A DNA stretch of 64,000 nt from Candidatus Binatia bacterium (GCA_963666315.2 CAXXHG010000043.1:64001-128000), one strand, 5' to 3'; counted from the stretch's first letter, positions 19,745 through 30,133 are shown. Numbers and translations are program-made. The notes: generated by a model not told the origin, from the letters alone.

Positions 19745-20422
19745 TTATGGAAACAGCTGCATCTGACCGGTGTTCAGGCCCTGACCCGTCTGATAGTGCC
19801 CGGCCTTTAATTCGTCGATCAGCTCACGCGTCGTCGCAATGGACCGTTCAAAGACGGTCACTGCACAACCAATCGAGGCGGCCGAGTGGCTATCACTCCC
19901 CCCAACCCGTTTGCATCCGACAAGCTCGGCAACCGCTTGGGCGTAGCGGTTTTCCTCTTCTGAGCAGCCTCCGTTGACGACTTCGATGGCGTCAACATAC
20001 TCCAACACCTCAAGCGCCCTACTGCCCGATTGCGGATCGTCTAGGTCTATGGGCGGAGTTTTGTGGATGAACTGAAACCGCGGATCAAGCTTGTAGCGAA
20101 ACGGATGATTGGCAATCAAAAAGCCATCGACGTCGTCGATGATGCGACGCAGTTCTTTGACCTTATACATACCACCAATATAGCGATCGAGGCCAAAGGT
20201 CCCCACATGGCCCCATTCCGTCGTAACTTCAATGCCGAGAAACAAAGTGACCCCACGTTCACGCGCATAATCCTCGATTTCCGCATCCATCCAGGCGTTA
20301 TCGTGTTCTGTGATGCAAATGCCCTCCAGGCCGACTTTCTGAGCCTGATCAATCATGGCAAAGGGATCCAGGTTACTGTCAGAGCTGCCGCGGGTGGTGT
20401 GAACGTGGAAATCAATACGCAT
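19745..20422 (-). CDS. PHP domain metal-dependent phosphoesterase
   Basis: DFHVHT, ITEHD, NHPFR, GGSDSH. Confidence 0.9.
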   Translation of the reverse strand: MRIDFHVHTTRGSSDSNLDPFAMIDQAQKVGLEGICITEHDNAWMDAEIEDYARERGVTLFLGIEVTTEWGHVGTFGLDRYIGGMYKVKELRRIIDDVDGFLIANHPFRYKLDPRFQFIHKTPPIDLDDPQSGSRALEVLEYVDAIEVVNGGCSEEENRYAQAVAELVGCKRVGGSDSHSAASIGCAVTVFERSIATTRELIDELKAGHYQTGQGLNTGQMQLFP

Positions 20423-20604
20423 GGTTGTATATGCTCCCGTGTTTCGTAAACCGCTTCTCTATACCGCCTTCTGTATGACTGGGCAAGAGTGAATGGAGTG
20501 AACGTTCGTTCAGAATGCCTGCTCGCACCAATGCACTTCCTTTGTTCTGAGCCCGGCCTGTGTTACAATCCGCTCACCTCAGGCATTCCGTAGGTGGGGA
20601 AGCT

Positions 20605-21822
20605 ATGAATAGACCATTAGACGGAGTCCGCATCATAGACTGGACAATTTGGCAGCAGGGGCCCGTATCAACCATGATGTTGGCTGACTTGGGCGCCGAA
20701 GTCATCAAGATCGAAGAGCGCGTTGGAGGCGACCCAGGCCGCGGGGTCCTCAGCATTGCTGGGGCATTGGTGGGAGCGACGAGCGGCCCCAATTTTTATT
20801 TCGAGGCCAACAATCGGCATAAGAAAAGTCTGACCCTTGATCTCAAAAAATCTGAGGCAAAAGAAATTATCTACAAATTGATCGAAAAATCGGATGTCTT
20901 TGTCCAGAATTTTCGCAAGGGCGTAGGGGCAAGACTCGGCCTCGATTATCAGACTTTTACCAAATACAACCCCAGAATAATCTACGCCAGTGCGAGTGGC
21001 TACGGCCCGTTTGGGCCAGATTCTGGCGAGCCATCGTTTGACTATCTGGGTTTGGCCCGCTCGGGCATCATGACCGCAGTTGGTGAGCCCGATATGGAAC
21101 CACTCAGCATTGCTGGCGGCATCGCCGATCAGATGGGCGCTATCATGCTGGCCTATGGTATCCTGGCAGCCCTCCTCGCCCGCGACAAATACGGCGTGGG
21201 CCAAGAAGTCGATACCTCCCATCTTGGCAGCATGACCGCGCTGCAGGGACTCAACGTGGCGTGTAAAACAATCTTAGGCAAAGAGTTTAAACGCATGCCA
21301 CGTGCAGCCGCACCCAGCCCACTATGGAACCATTACAAATGCGGGGATGGCAAGTGGATCTGTCTGGCCATGCCTCAACAGGATCGCTACTGGTCGGATT
21401 TCTGCAAAGTCCTGGGTGTTGAGCACGTCCTAGACGACGCACGCTTTGCGACCATGGACAGTCGGGCTGAGAACGCAAGAGACCTGATTCTTATTCTGGA
21501 CGCGGCATTTGCCTCCCAGCCTCGGGATACATGGATGAAAGCGCTCAAGGAGGGCGGAGATTTCATCTACACTATCGTGAACACTATCGCTGACCTGCTC
21601 AATGATGAACAGATGGCCGCCAACGAGTATATCGTCGATTACGACCATCCACGCCTCGGGAAGACCCAGGTTGTGGGCGTGCCCGTGCGCTTGAGTAAAA
21701 CGCCAGGCGACCCTAAAGGGGCGGCCCCGGAATTTGGCGAACACACGGAACTCGTGCTCACTGAACTGCTCGATTATTCGTGGGAAGACGTAGCCAAGCT
21801 CAGAGAAGGGGAAGTGATTTAA
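20605..21822 (+). CDS. CoA-transferase family III (CaiB/BaiF)
   Basis: PLDGVRIID, LADLGAEVIKIE, NRHKKSLTLDLK, APEFGEHTE. Confidence 0.93.
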   Translation: MNRPLDGVRIIDWTIWQQGPVSTMMLADLGAEVIKIEERVGGDPGRGVLSIAGALVGATSGPNFYFEANNRHKKSLTLDLKKSEAKEIIYKLIEKSDVFVQNFRKGVGARLGLDYQTFTKYNPRIIYASASGYGPFGPDSGEPSFDYLGLARSGIMTAVGEPDMEPLSIAGGIADQMGAIMLAYGILAALLARDKYGVGQEVDTSHLGSMTALQGLNVACKTILGKEFKRMPRAAAPSPLWNHYKCGDGKWICLAMPQQDRYWSDFCKVLGVEHVLDDARFATMDSRAENARDLILILDAAFASQPRDTWMKALKEGGDFIYTIVNTIADLLNDEQMAANEYIVDYDHPRLGKTQVVGVPVRLSKTPGDPKGAAPEFGEHTELVLTELLDYSWEDVAKLREGEVI

Positions 21823-21833
21823 TACGGGAATTG

Positions 21834-21915
21834 GGGGATAGGGATTAGGGGTTCGGAGTAAGAAGGCAAATTCTTCTTACCTTTCCACAGACCCCAACCC
21901 CTACTCCCTATCCCC
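21834..21915. repeat. Long interrupted intergenic inverted repeat (REP-like hairpin)
   Basis: Nested arms GGGGATAGGGA/TCCCTATCCCC, TAGGGGTT/AACCCCTA, GTAAGAAG/CTTCTTAC. Confidence 0.7.
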
Positions 21916-21929
21916 TAGCGTGCAGCGCT

Positions 21930-22847
21930 ATGGTTCATTCCTTCACCATCAGCCCCCAAGCGCCCTATTCTTTTGATCTGACTGTCGCCCGTTTCCTACG
22001 ATTTGACACCGAACTCATCGATCTCGTTGACGGCAATCGCTATCGGCGTTTGTTAGCAATAGGCAGACAATTAGCCCTGGCGACGGTCACGAATACAGGC
22101 ACGGTTGCAAAACCACAGCTTCACGTCGCACTGACGGGGCCACCACAGACCGATCTCAAACGGCCGGAGTTTGCAGTCCAACTCCGCCACATTCTGTGTA
22201 CCGATTTCGATCTCAAGCCGTTCTATCGGCTGGCCCGTAAAGACGATCTTCTGGCGCAGTGTGCTGCACGATTTCGAGGACTGCGTATCACATCTAGTCC
22301 GACTCTGTTTGAAGCGTTAGTGGTGGCCGTCCTGGCACAGCAGGTGAATCTCACTTTTGCCTATTCGATCAAAAAGGAACTGGTTGAAACCTTGGGCCGA
22401 AAGTGGCGCTATCAAGGACAGACGTTTTGCGCTTTTCCGGAGCCTCGACGTTTTGCCCAAGAGACCCAAGACAGCCTGCGTCGGTTTCGTTTGAGCGGAG
22501 CAAAGGCCGGAACCCTCGTCCGCCTCGGTCTAGCGTTTGCTTCCGGAGCGTTGAAGCAGAGCGACATTGCTCAACTGCCGGATGAAGCGGCCATTGAACA
22601 ACTCACTCAAATAAAGGGCATAGGCCGTTGGTCAGCAGAGACCGCGCTCATGCGCGGCCTGGCCCGGACTGATGCTTTTCCGGGTGGCGATCTCGGTGTG
22701 GTCAAATATCTGGCTCAAGGCATGCTGGGCAAAAAGGAAAAAGCTACCGAATCCGAGATGCGCAACTTTGCCGAGCGCTGGCGTCCTTACCGCGGGCTGG
22801 CGTTGGTCTACTGTTATGCAGAGCTGAGCCGACGACAGGCCAAGTAA
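21930..22847 (+). CDS. alkA: DNA-3-methyladenine glycosylase II (AlkA family)
   Basis: FEALV..VLAQQV, HhH L..IKGIGRWSA, DAFP.GDLG, WRPYRG. Confidence 0.88.
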   Translation: MVHSFTISPQAPYSFDLTVARFLRFDTELIDLVDGNRYRRLLAIGRQLALATVTNTGTVAKPQLHVALTGPPQTDLKRPEFAVQLRHILCTDFDLKPFYRLARKDDLLAQCAARFRGLRITSSPTLFEALVVAVLAQQVNLTFAYSIKKELVETLGRKWRYQGQTFCAFPEPRRFAQETQDSLRRFRLSGAKAGTLVRLGLAFASGALKQSDIAQLPDEAAIEQLTQIKGIGRWSAETALMRGLARTDAFPGGDLGVVKYLAQGMLGKKEKATESEMRNFAERWRPYRGLALVYCYAELSRRQAK

Positions 22848-22902
22848 TGACAGTGTGTAGTGCCGCGTCTACGCTGAAGTTGTGCATGCCGGTGCGTTTA
22901 TG

Positions 22903-22999
22903 CTTCGACGGGGCTCAGCATGAACGGGCCTTATCTGCCACCTCTTTTTCCGTTTGCTCTGAGCTTGTCGAACCCTGTCCTGAGCAAGGCCGAAAGGGG
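22903..22999. repeat. REP-like palindromic element (CTTCGAC..GCTCAG..GAACGG / CCGTT..CTGAGCTTGTCGAA family) between convergent genes
   Basis: Imperfect IR CTTCGACGGGGCTCAGCATGAACGG ... CCGTTTGCTCTGAGCTTGTCGAA plus a partial third unit CCTGAGCAAGGCCGAA. Confidence 0.6.
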
Positions 23000-23055
23000 G
23001 AGACGACGACAACACAACTCACAGTTTCGACTCGGATACGGCAATAGACTACGCT

Positions 23056-23382
23056 TTACTCGTTGCCCGGCGTAAACCGCAAGATATCGAACCCATCGAC
23101 CACACAAGGTTGACCGTATAACTCGGCTGCTGGAGCAATCTCGGCTAAGGACAAGGTCAGATAAAATAAGCGCTCGGTCTGTGGGGGGACAGTGTCCAGC
23201 GAGAACTGTTCCAAATAGGGTAGGATCGCTTCCATCCGAGCCAGCATGGCGTCATAAAACGCCTTGATCTCTGCCATCGTACTGGACTGCCGTTTAGCGC
23301 TGCGTTCACCTTCGGTTGCCAACGACCAAACCAGCCAAGGCTCAAGGTCTCGAAAGGCTGCAGGCAGATGCGGTTCCGGCAT
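23056..23382 (-). CDS. Conserved small hypothetical protein accompanying Rieske oxygenases
   Basis: LP..F.DLEPW..W.L.TE.ER..KR..S.M.EI.AFYDA pattern; directly follows the Rieske alpha gene. Confidence 0.6.
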   Translation of the reverse strand: MPEPHLPAAFRDLEPWLVWSLATEGERSAKRQSSTMAEIKAFYDAMLARMEAILPYLEQFSLDTVPPQTERLFYLTLSLAEIAPAAELYGQPCVVDGFDILRFTPGNE

Positions 23383-23386
23383 AGAC

Positions 23387-24637
23387 TTAACCCGCTCTTC
23401 CAATGGTTTTGCCGTCGCTGCCTGTAATCATATTGAGGACCACGTTATGGCTATGCCGCACGAGGAGTTCGTAATCTTGGAGGAGAAACTCTTTCTTGGC
23501 ACCGGAGGACAGGACTGACTGGGTTTCCTCTACCGTTCTGGCGTCCTCTAGAAAGATATCGCGAAAAATAACCCTGCTGTATTCTTGGCTAAAGCGCTGC
23601 GCAAGATTCTTTCCTTTGGGGAAATAGGTAGTCGATTCCCAAATCGTGCGGTCAACAGCCAAGGGCCAAAACTGATGGGTAAAATACGTGCCTTCCGAGA
23701 CAACGACAAAGAAGGCCGGAAAGATGACATGCAGTTCGAATGACCAGTCTGTGCTCCGCGTAGGATTGACCCCGACGGGCAGCGTATTTTCGGAAAAACC
23801 GCTCCGAACGAGGATAGAACCATGCTTATAGGACAACGCCTGGACTGGACTCGGCTGGTGGGCCGCGTTGCCGAACAAAGACGCCCGACCATGGCGGGGG
23901 AAGAGTTTCATATCCAGCATATGGGTATACGGGTTGTCGCTACTGACAAACGCATCGGGCAACGACCGCTTGTGCAGACAACCTACATGGTAGACTTCCT
24001 GAAACGAATCCTTGACGATTTTCCAGTTGGCCTGGACTTCGGCCCGCCACGAGAAGGCCGTAGCCGAACTCTCAGCAAAGGGATAGCCGGCTAGATCGGT
24101 TGCCAACTCGCCCAAATATTCTTGGAGTGTTTCTTGTGGGTTGGGATCGACATTGACAAAAACAAATCCTGCCCAGACATCCACATGGACTGGGGTGAGG
24201 CCCAAGCAGTCCTTTTTCAGATCAAAAAAGCTTGCTTCGTCCGGCACAAACTTCAGCCCGCCGTCCAAGCCATACATCCAGCCGTGAAACTTGCAGGTGA
24301 AGGCTGAAGCACTGCCGTGCTGGTTCCAGACCACTTTATTACCCCGATGGGAACATATGTTATGGAAGGCTCGAATCTGGCCATCTTTGCCACGAACGAC
24401 AATTACAGAGGTGTTACAAACGCCGATGTCTTTGACGAAATAATCGCCTGGCTTGGAAAGCTGCTCGACGCGACAGACGTTCAGCCAGACCTTACGAAAA
24501 ATATGTTCCCGCTCCAGTGCGAACTGCTCCGCTGAGGTAAAGACCTCAAGCGGGAGCGGGCCCGTCCCCAGCTCAGGATAGTGGTCATGCCATTTTCTCC
24601 CATTAGTCCTTGGGGCGGCAGTTTCGACACCAGCCAT
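23387..24637 (-). CDS. Rieske non-heme iron oxygenase alpha subunit
   Basis: NICSHRG...CKFHGW Rieske motif; NWK...DSFQEVYHV..LH iron site; ATG 24637 with GGAGG RBS. Confidence 0.92.
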   Translation of the reverse strand: MAGVETAAPRTNGRKWHDHYPELGTGPLPLEVFTSAEQFALEREHIFRKVWLNVCRVEQLSKPGDYFVKDIGVCNTSVIVVRGKDGQIRAFHNICSHRGNKVVWNQHGSASAFTCKFHGWMYGLDGGLKFVPDEASFFDLKKDCLGLTPVHVDVWAGFVFVNVDPNPQETLQEYLGELATDLAGYPFAESSATAFSWRAEVQANWKIVKDSFQEVYHVGCLHKRSLPDAFVSSDNPYTHMLDMKLFPRHGRASLFGNAAHQPSPVQALSYKHGSILVRSGFSENTLPVGVNPTRSTDWSFELHVIFPAFFVVVSEGTYFTHQFWPLAVDRTIWESTTYFPKGKNLAQRFSQEYSRVIFRDIFLEDARTVEETQSVLSSGAKKEFLLQDYELLVRHSHNVVLNMITGSDGKTIGRAG

Positions 24638-24924
24638 CAAATCCCCTCCAGTATCAGCAGTCTGGACAAAAACCTTACCCGTGTCAACATAGCAGTATCT
24701 GAACAAAACTGACTAGTGTGAGACGAACTCCGGCATGACTTCCTTGACTGAGGATAGTGGTCATGCCATTTTCTCCCATTAGTCCTTGGGGCGGCAGTTT
24801 CGACACCAGCCATCAAATCCCCTCCAGTATCAGCAGTCTGGACAAAAACCTTACCCGTGTCAACATAGCAGTATCTGAACAAAACTGACTAGTGTGAGAC
24901 GAACTCCGGCATGACTTCCTTGAC
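24575..24924. repeat. Exact 174-bp tandem duplication (24575-24748 and 24751-24924)
   Basis: Identical copies of the LLM 3' end, intergenic region and Rieske 5' end, separated by TG. Confidence 0.95.
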
Positions 24925-25872
24925 GAACAGATCCTGGGATTCTACTGACATTGGAATGACAATATGGTAGGTGATGCCCGTGTCTTCTATGCGCGCGCTA
25001 AGATCACGCTTGACCTCGTCCGGCGTGCCCATCAAAAGCAACGGCGAGCGGCGCGCGGTCTCCAGATCAGGGAAGGCCAAGCTGGACGCCGTCTGGCCCA
25101 GCGCGGGGTCTTTGGGATCGCGCGACAAACTCAGTAGTGTCATCCCACCAAGCTCGATCTGGTGCGGATCGCGTCCCGCGTCCCGCGCGTATCCGTGCAA
25201 CATGCCAATACGCCGTTTGAGCTGTGCCATGTCGAATTTCACGGCCATGACCGGGTCGTTCACAAAGTCCTTCCCATTAAAGATAGGCGGGATGATATTC
25301 AGGATGTCGGCTTCCCTTGCCGCGATTTTGAGCAGCCCGCTGCCAGAGCCACCCAGCATGAGGGGCGGGTAGGGCTGCTGCACTGGCCGCGGATGATTAT
25401 AGGCCTTATCGATCGAGAAATACTGGCCGTGAAACGTCGGCTCCTCCTGCGTCCACATGGCTTTGAGTACCTGGATAACCTCGGCCAGTTGCGCCAGGCG
25501 TTCCGCGTTAGAGGGATAAGGATAGCCGTGCGCCTCGTATTCCGCCTGTTGCCAGCCTGCTCCCAGGCCAAGGACTAGCCGCCCACTACTGACGTGATCG
25601 AGCGTGGAAGTGATTTTGGCGAGCAAGGGCGGCGGACGAAACGAGACAGCCGTAACCGAGGGAGTCAGGCGGATCCGGCTCGTCACAGCGGCAATCGCGG
25701 TCAGAGTCGTAAAGCACTCCAATTGAGGCGTTTGCGGCGGGCCCATCGGCGTATAGAAGTGATCGTTAATCGATACTGAGTAAAAGCCCTCGCTTTCGGC
25801 GCGCAGCGCGGCGCACTTTGCGGCTGCAAAATCGCCAGTGGGCAAGAATAAACCAAACTTAACGTCGTACAT
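24889..25872 (-). CDS. LLM class F420-dependent oxidoreductase
   Basis: SINDHF, LECFTTL.AIAAVTSRIRL, LDHVSSGRLVLGLGAGW, F.GQYF, P.P.Q.P.PP. Confidence 0.9.
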   Translation of the reverse strand: MYDVKFGLFLPTGDFAAAKCAALRAESEGFYSVSINDHFYTPMGPPQTPQLECFTTLTAIAAVTSRIRLTPSVTAVSFRPPPLLAKITSTLDHVSSGRLVLGLGAGWQQAEYEAHGYPYPSNAERLAQLAEVIQVLKAMWTQEEPTFHGQYFSIDKAYNHPRPVQQPYPPLMLGGSGSGLLKIAAREADILNIIPPIFNGKDFVNDPVMAVKFDMAQLKRRIGMLHGYARDAGRDPHQIELGGMTLLSLSRDPKDPALGQTASSLAFPDLETARRSPLLLMGTPDEVKRDLSARIEDTGITYHIVIPMSVESQDLFVKEVMPEFVSH

Positions 25873-25894
25873 CGACTGCTCCTCCTCGTTCCTC

Positions 25895-27568
25895 TTAAAA
25901 CATACCCGAAATCTTGCCGTCCTCATCCATCCGCATATTGGCTGCCGCTGGTTTCGCACCGAGACCAGGCATGGTCAGCATGTCGCCCGTCAACGGGATG
26001 CAAAAGCCGGCTCCGGCAGACAGCCGAATTTCACGTACGCTCAACACAAAGTCACGCGGCCGGCCGTAGCGCTTGGGGTCGTCTGAGAGTGACATTTGGG
26101 TCTTGGCCATACAGATAGGCAGCTTGCTATAGCCGAGGTCGTTGATCCGCTTGAGGTCGTTTCGCGCCCGAGACAGCAACGTAATATCCGCCGCGCCGTA
26201 GATCTTTTGGGCAATCGTCCGGATCTTATCCTCAATCGGCATGTCCAACGGGTAGAGCGGCTGCGCTGGCGGCACAGGACCTTCACAGGCATGGGCCACG
26301 GCTTCAGCTAACGGCAGTCCGCCTTCTCCGCCGCGGTCAAAGACATCAATAACGATCGCTTCCACACCCAGCGCTCGACTCTCTTCTACAACCACATTGA
26401 GCTCGTCTTGTGTGTCTGTCGCAAAGCGGTTCAGTGCAACAATCGGTTGTAAACCAAACACCCGCACACTCTCGACATGCTTGGCCAGATTCTGCATGCC
26501 TTGTTTGAGCGTCTTCAAGTCCGGCGCGTTGACATCTGGCATGGGTGTCCCGCCATGCATTTTGAGCGCTTTGAGTGTTGCCACCAGCACCACGACTGAC
26601 GGCCACAAGCCGGACTCACGACATTTGATATTGAAGAATTTCTCGCCACCCAGATCAAAACCAAACCCGGCTTCCGTCACCACATAGTCGGCATACTGAA
26701 GCGCCAGCCGTGTGGCCAGGATACTACTGCACCCATGCGCGATATTGCCGAAGGGGCCGCCGTGAACACACGCGGGAACGCCCTCCACCGTCTGTACCAA
26801 GTTGGGCTTAAGTGCATCTTTTAAGATAATAGCCATCGCGTGTGGGGCCTGGACCTGATCCGCCGTGACTGCTTCGCCGTGAGATGAGTATCCAATCATA
26901 ATTCGTGACAAACGCTGGATAAGATCTTTTGGCCCGCTAGTCAGGGCAAGAATAGCCATGACCTCGGACGCAGCCGTGATATCAAAGCCCTCTTCTCGGG
27001 GAATACCCATCAGCCGCCCACCCAGGCCCATCACAATTTGGCGCAGCGCGCGGTCGTTCATATCCATGACACGTCGCCAGCGAATCTGGCGTACATCCAG
27101 GTCAACAGTCCGGTGAAACAGCGCCGCGTCCATCATGGCAGACAGCAGATTATGGGCGGAACTCACCGCATGAATATCTCCGGTAAAGTGCAGATTGATA
27201 TCCTCCATGGGCAAAACCTGTGAGCGACCGCCCCCACAGCCACCGCCTTTGACACCAAACACCGGGCCCATCGAGGGTTCACGAATGGCAACCGCCGCGT
27301 TCTTCCCGAGTCGAGTAAGCGCTTGCCCCAATCCAATAGTCGTCGTTGTCTTGCCCTCGCCGGCCGGAGTGGGATTAATCGCCGATACCAGAATGAGCTT
27401 TCCCTGCTGTTGAGCAGGGGCTGAAGATAACGCAGCAAGCGCAATTTTTGCCTTGACCCGCCCGTACGACTCAAGATGTTCTGACGGCAGCCCTAAACGC
27501 GCGGCAATCTCTTCGATCGGTTTCAGCGTCACCGACTGGGCAACGGCAAGGTTTTGTTCTCGGCTCAT
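25895..27568 (-). CDS. fhs: Formate--tetrahydrofolate ligase
   Basis: PTPAGEGKTT, GVKGG..GGG, INLHFTGDIHA, HGGPFGNIAHG, TEAGFG.DLG.EKF, MPGL. Confidence 0.97.
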   Translation of the reverse strand: MSREQNLAVAQSVTLKPIEEIAARLGLPSEHLESYGRVKAKIALAALSSAPAQQQGKLILVSAINPTPAGEGKTTTTIGLGQALTRLGKNAAVAIREPSMGPVFGVKGGGCGGGRSQVLPMEDINLHFTGDIHAVSSAHNLLSAMMDAALFHRTVDLDVRQIRWRRVMDMNDRALRQIVMGLGGRLMGIPREEGFDITAASEVMAILALTSGPKDLIQRLSRIMIGYSSHGEAVTADQVQAPHAMAIILKDALKPNLVQTVEGVPACVHGGPFGNIAHGCSSILATRLALQYADYVVTEAGFGFDLGGEKFFNIKCRESGLWPSVVVLVATLKALKMHGGTPMPDVNAPDLKTLKQGMQNLAKHVESVRVFGLQPIVALNRFATDTQDELNVVVEESRALGVEAIVIDVFDRGGEGGLPLAEAVAHACEGPVPPAQPLYPLDMPIEDKIRTIAQKIYGAADITLLSRARNDLKRINDLGYSKLPICMAKTQMSLSDDPKRYGRPRDFVLSVREIRLSAGAGFCIPLTGDMLTMPGLGAKPAAANMRMDEDGKISGMF

Positions 27569-27785
27569 TCCTAGGTTTCCTTTCGCCAAACGCACTCTCC
27601 ATCCGCCTCTTCCCCAAGGCAATAGAGTGTACGGAGAGTGCGATCTTATACAAAATCAATGCGTTCGACTATCACAAGCCCAGAGGACTCTTTATCCTAC
27701 CGTAGCAGAAGATACCAAATCTTATGAGACAGGTCCTGACCATACAGGCGAAGCATGGTATTCATGCAGTAGCGAGGGAGTTGGT

Positions 27786-28832
27786 ATGGCAGAAGATACA
27801 TCCAAGACTCGCCGTTTGCTTCATATCGCGCTCAGCTTAGTGGTGAGCGGAGTTTTTCTCTATCTCGCTTTTCGCAACGTTCAGCTCGACGAGCTCGGGG
27901 CAGCGCTGCGGCGCATCGACGCCACCTGGCTGCTTGTCGCCATTGGTCTCAGCCTACTCATCATGCTCTTTCGCGCCTGGCGCTGGCAGCTAGAGCTCCG
28001 TCCACTCGAACACATTCCCGTTGGCCGGCTGTGGGTCGTCACGGCGGTGGCGTATATGGCCATCAATCTTTTACCCGTCCGTATAGGCGAGGTCGTCCGT
28101 CCGTGGCTCCTGTCGCGCCGCTCGAGTGTGTCCTTCTCGAATGTGGTAGGCAATATTGTTGTCGAGAAAACAATGGATTCGGTTGCCATCGTTTTCTATC
28201 TCCTGGTGGGGCTATTGACGATAGACAGCCTACCACTCTGGGTGCGTCAGCTCGCCATCTTTCCCGCCATGATCGCAACTATTTTAGTGACGCTAGTCCT
28301 GCTTTTTTGGTGGCGGGGTGAGGCATTTGTCGAACGCTGGTTGTTGCGAATTCTGCCGCAGCGTTTTGGCAGCCGCCTCAAAGGCGTCTTGGCCGCAGTT
28401 GCAGACGGCATGCGAGTGATTCCAAACCCCGGTTTGCTCTTGGCCGTTTTTCTGGTCTCGCTCGCCATGTGGTTCCTGCCTATTCTCTCAAGCTATATCA
28501 TGATCCGGGCCTTTGACCTGCAGGTCCCGTTTAGCGCGGCGCTGGTGATTTTTGTCTTTATCAGCTTTGGGACGGCGCTGCCTAATCTGCCGGGCATGAT
28601 CGGGCCGTATCAATACGCCTGTCAATTGGCCCTGGGCATCTATGGGGTCAGCGAGGTCGACGGCTTGGCGTATGGCTTGGTTCTCAACGCGGTGCAATTT
28701 CTCACTCTTGTTGCCCAAGGGTTGTTTGCCCTGCCAATTGCCGGGGTCAGTTTTGCAGATATTCGCCGTGCGGGCGACGCGGCGCCACACCAGGCCGAGG
28801 TCTCCGCTTCGGACACCTCACCTTCTGAGTAG
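27786..28832 (+). CDS. Lysylphosphatidylglycerol synthase TM-region / flippase-like membrane protein
   Basis: RAWRW, N.LP.R.GEVVR, P..PG..G.Y motifs; multiple TM helices. Confidence 0.85.
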   Translation: MAEDTSKTRRLLHIALSLVVSGVFLYLAFRNVQLDELGAALRRIDATWLLVAIGLSLLIMLFRAWRWQLELRPLEHIPVGRLWVVTAVAYMAINLLPVRIGEVVRPWLLSRRSSVSFSNVVGNIVVEKTMDSVAIVFYLLVGLLTIDSLPLWVRQLAIFPAMIATILVTLVLLFWWRGEAFVERWLLRILPQRFGSRLKGVLAAVADGMRVIPNPGLLLAVFLVSLAMWFLPILSSYIMIRAFDLQVPFSAALVIFVFISFGTALPNLPGMIGPYQYACQLALGIYGVSEVDGLAYGLVLNAVQFLTLVAQGLFALPIAGVSFADIRRAGDAAPHQAEVSASDTSPSE

Positions 28833-28865
28833 CACCCTGGGCGAGATGACCGCACCCCTACAAGA

Positions 28866-29462
28866 CTATTGTCCAATAGCCCGACGCGCTTGCAAGAAGA
28901 ATCGTAGGCGTACACCCATTGCCAGGATCAGATAGCCACCCCACAAGATGAGCAGCCCTTGATCAACTGGGAAGGGGAGGAGTTGCTGTTCAAGCGCAGC
29001 GTGCAGCGCCATCACCCCAGTACCGATATAGTTCAGTACCCCGGCCCAGTGACCAATGGGATTCGACACCAGGGTCACCTGCGTCTCTCGACCAGACAGC
29101 CACCACGAGTCCAGGGCGTATTGCCCAAACGCGCAGCCAACCGCACAAGGAATCCACCAGGGTACGATCCCGCTATAGGTCAGATAGGTCAAGGTTACGA
29201 GAAGAAAAGTAATGTCCGCTAAATTATCGAGAATTTTTCCCCAGTCGGAACTGAGGCTGAGGGCACGGGCGATTGGTCCATCATAATAGTCACTGGCACA
29301 GATGATGAGAAAAAGCGCAGCGACATACCCGACACGCGTTAGGCTCGGCTGGCGCATACTGCATTCAATCACCAGCAGAAACACAGGTGTCAGAATAAGC
29401 CGAACACTGGTGAGGACATGCGCGAAATTAAACGTCCGACGACCTTCTACAAAAGTGGCCAC
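28866..29462 (-). CDS. CDP-alcohol phosphatidyltransferase family protein
   Basis: LT..R, D..DG..AR.......G..LD..AD motif. Confidence 0.88.
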   Translation of the reverse strand: MATFVEGRRTFNFAHVLTSVRLILTPVFLLVIECSMRQPSLTRVGYVAALFLIICASDYYDGPIARALSLSSDWGKILDNLADITFLLVTLTYLTYSGIVPWWIPCAVGCAFGQYALDSWWLSGRETQVTLVSNPIGHWAGVLNYIGTGVMALHAALEQQLLPFPVDQGLLILWGGYLILAMGVRLRFFLQARRAIGQ

Positions 29463-29512
29463 CGGTTCTCTCCATATAGAGCATGTAGGGTATAGAGAGA
29501 TTGAGAAAGAGA

Positions 29513-30070
29513 CTATTTCTTAGACTTCGTCCCTGGCGTAGCATCAGGCAACTGGGTCTTTTGCGGTGCCCCGGTCTCAACCTTTAATATCTTCACATCG
29601 AAGAGCAATTTTTTTCCTGCCAAGGGATGGTTCGTATCAACAATAATGGTTTTGTCTTTGACCTCTTTCACCCAAGCAACTAGAGTTTGCCCGTCTGAGC
29701 TATGTCCTTGCAATATTTTCCCGACTTCACGAGATGACTCAGGGATCTGTTCTTTGGGCAATTCTCTGATCCGCTGCGGGTCTACCGGACCATACCCTTC
29801 TTCGGGCAGCAGTTCGATCTTTTTCGTATCACCGGCCTTTAATCCCGTGAGCTGCTTCTCCAAGCCAGGAGGGATCTGTTCGGCGCCATGTGTATACACA
29901 ATTGTCTCAAAGACCGTTTTATCTTCAAGTGTAAGCGTGTATTCAAGCGACACGCGGTTTCCTTCGCCGATTGTGTTTTGCGCATAGCTTGGGGCCACAC
30001 ACATGAGCCCGAAGCTCAACACTACAACAAAAATTCCTCGCTTCGTCCGTCCATCCAGTATAGTTTTCAT
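29513..30070 (-). CDS. FKBP-type PPIase (SlyD-like) with N-terminal signal peptide
   Basis: VSLEYTL, PGLEK.L.G, PEEGYG, VDTNHPLAGK.L.FDVKIL. Confidence 0.88.
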   Translation of the reverse strand: MKTILDGRTKRGIFVVVLSFGLMCVAPSYAQNTIGEGNRVSLEYTLTLEDKTVFETIVYTHGAEQIPPGLEKQLTGLKAGDTKKIELLPEEGYGPVDPQRIRELPKEQIPESSREVGKILQGHSSDGQTLVAWVKEVKDKTIIVDTNHPLAGKKLLFDVKILKVETGAPQKTQLPDATPGTKSKK

Positions 30071-30133
30071 AATAATTGGCCCTCCTTCAAAAGTCGGCAT
30101 TACACTCATTGTAGTGTCGAAGAGCCCTCAATT

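Noticed and set aside
20423-20604. TPP riboswitch upstream of the PHP-thiD genes
   Set aside because: No recognisable TPP aptamer core on the minus strand
22847-23047. 66-aa ORF after alkA
   Set aside because: It is a translation of the REP-like palindrome, not a credible protein
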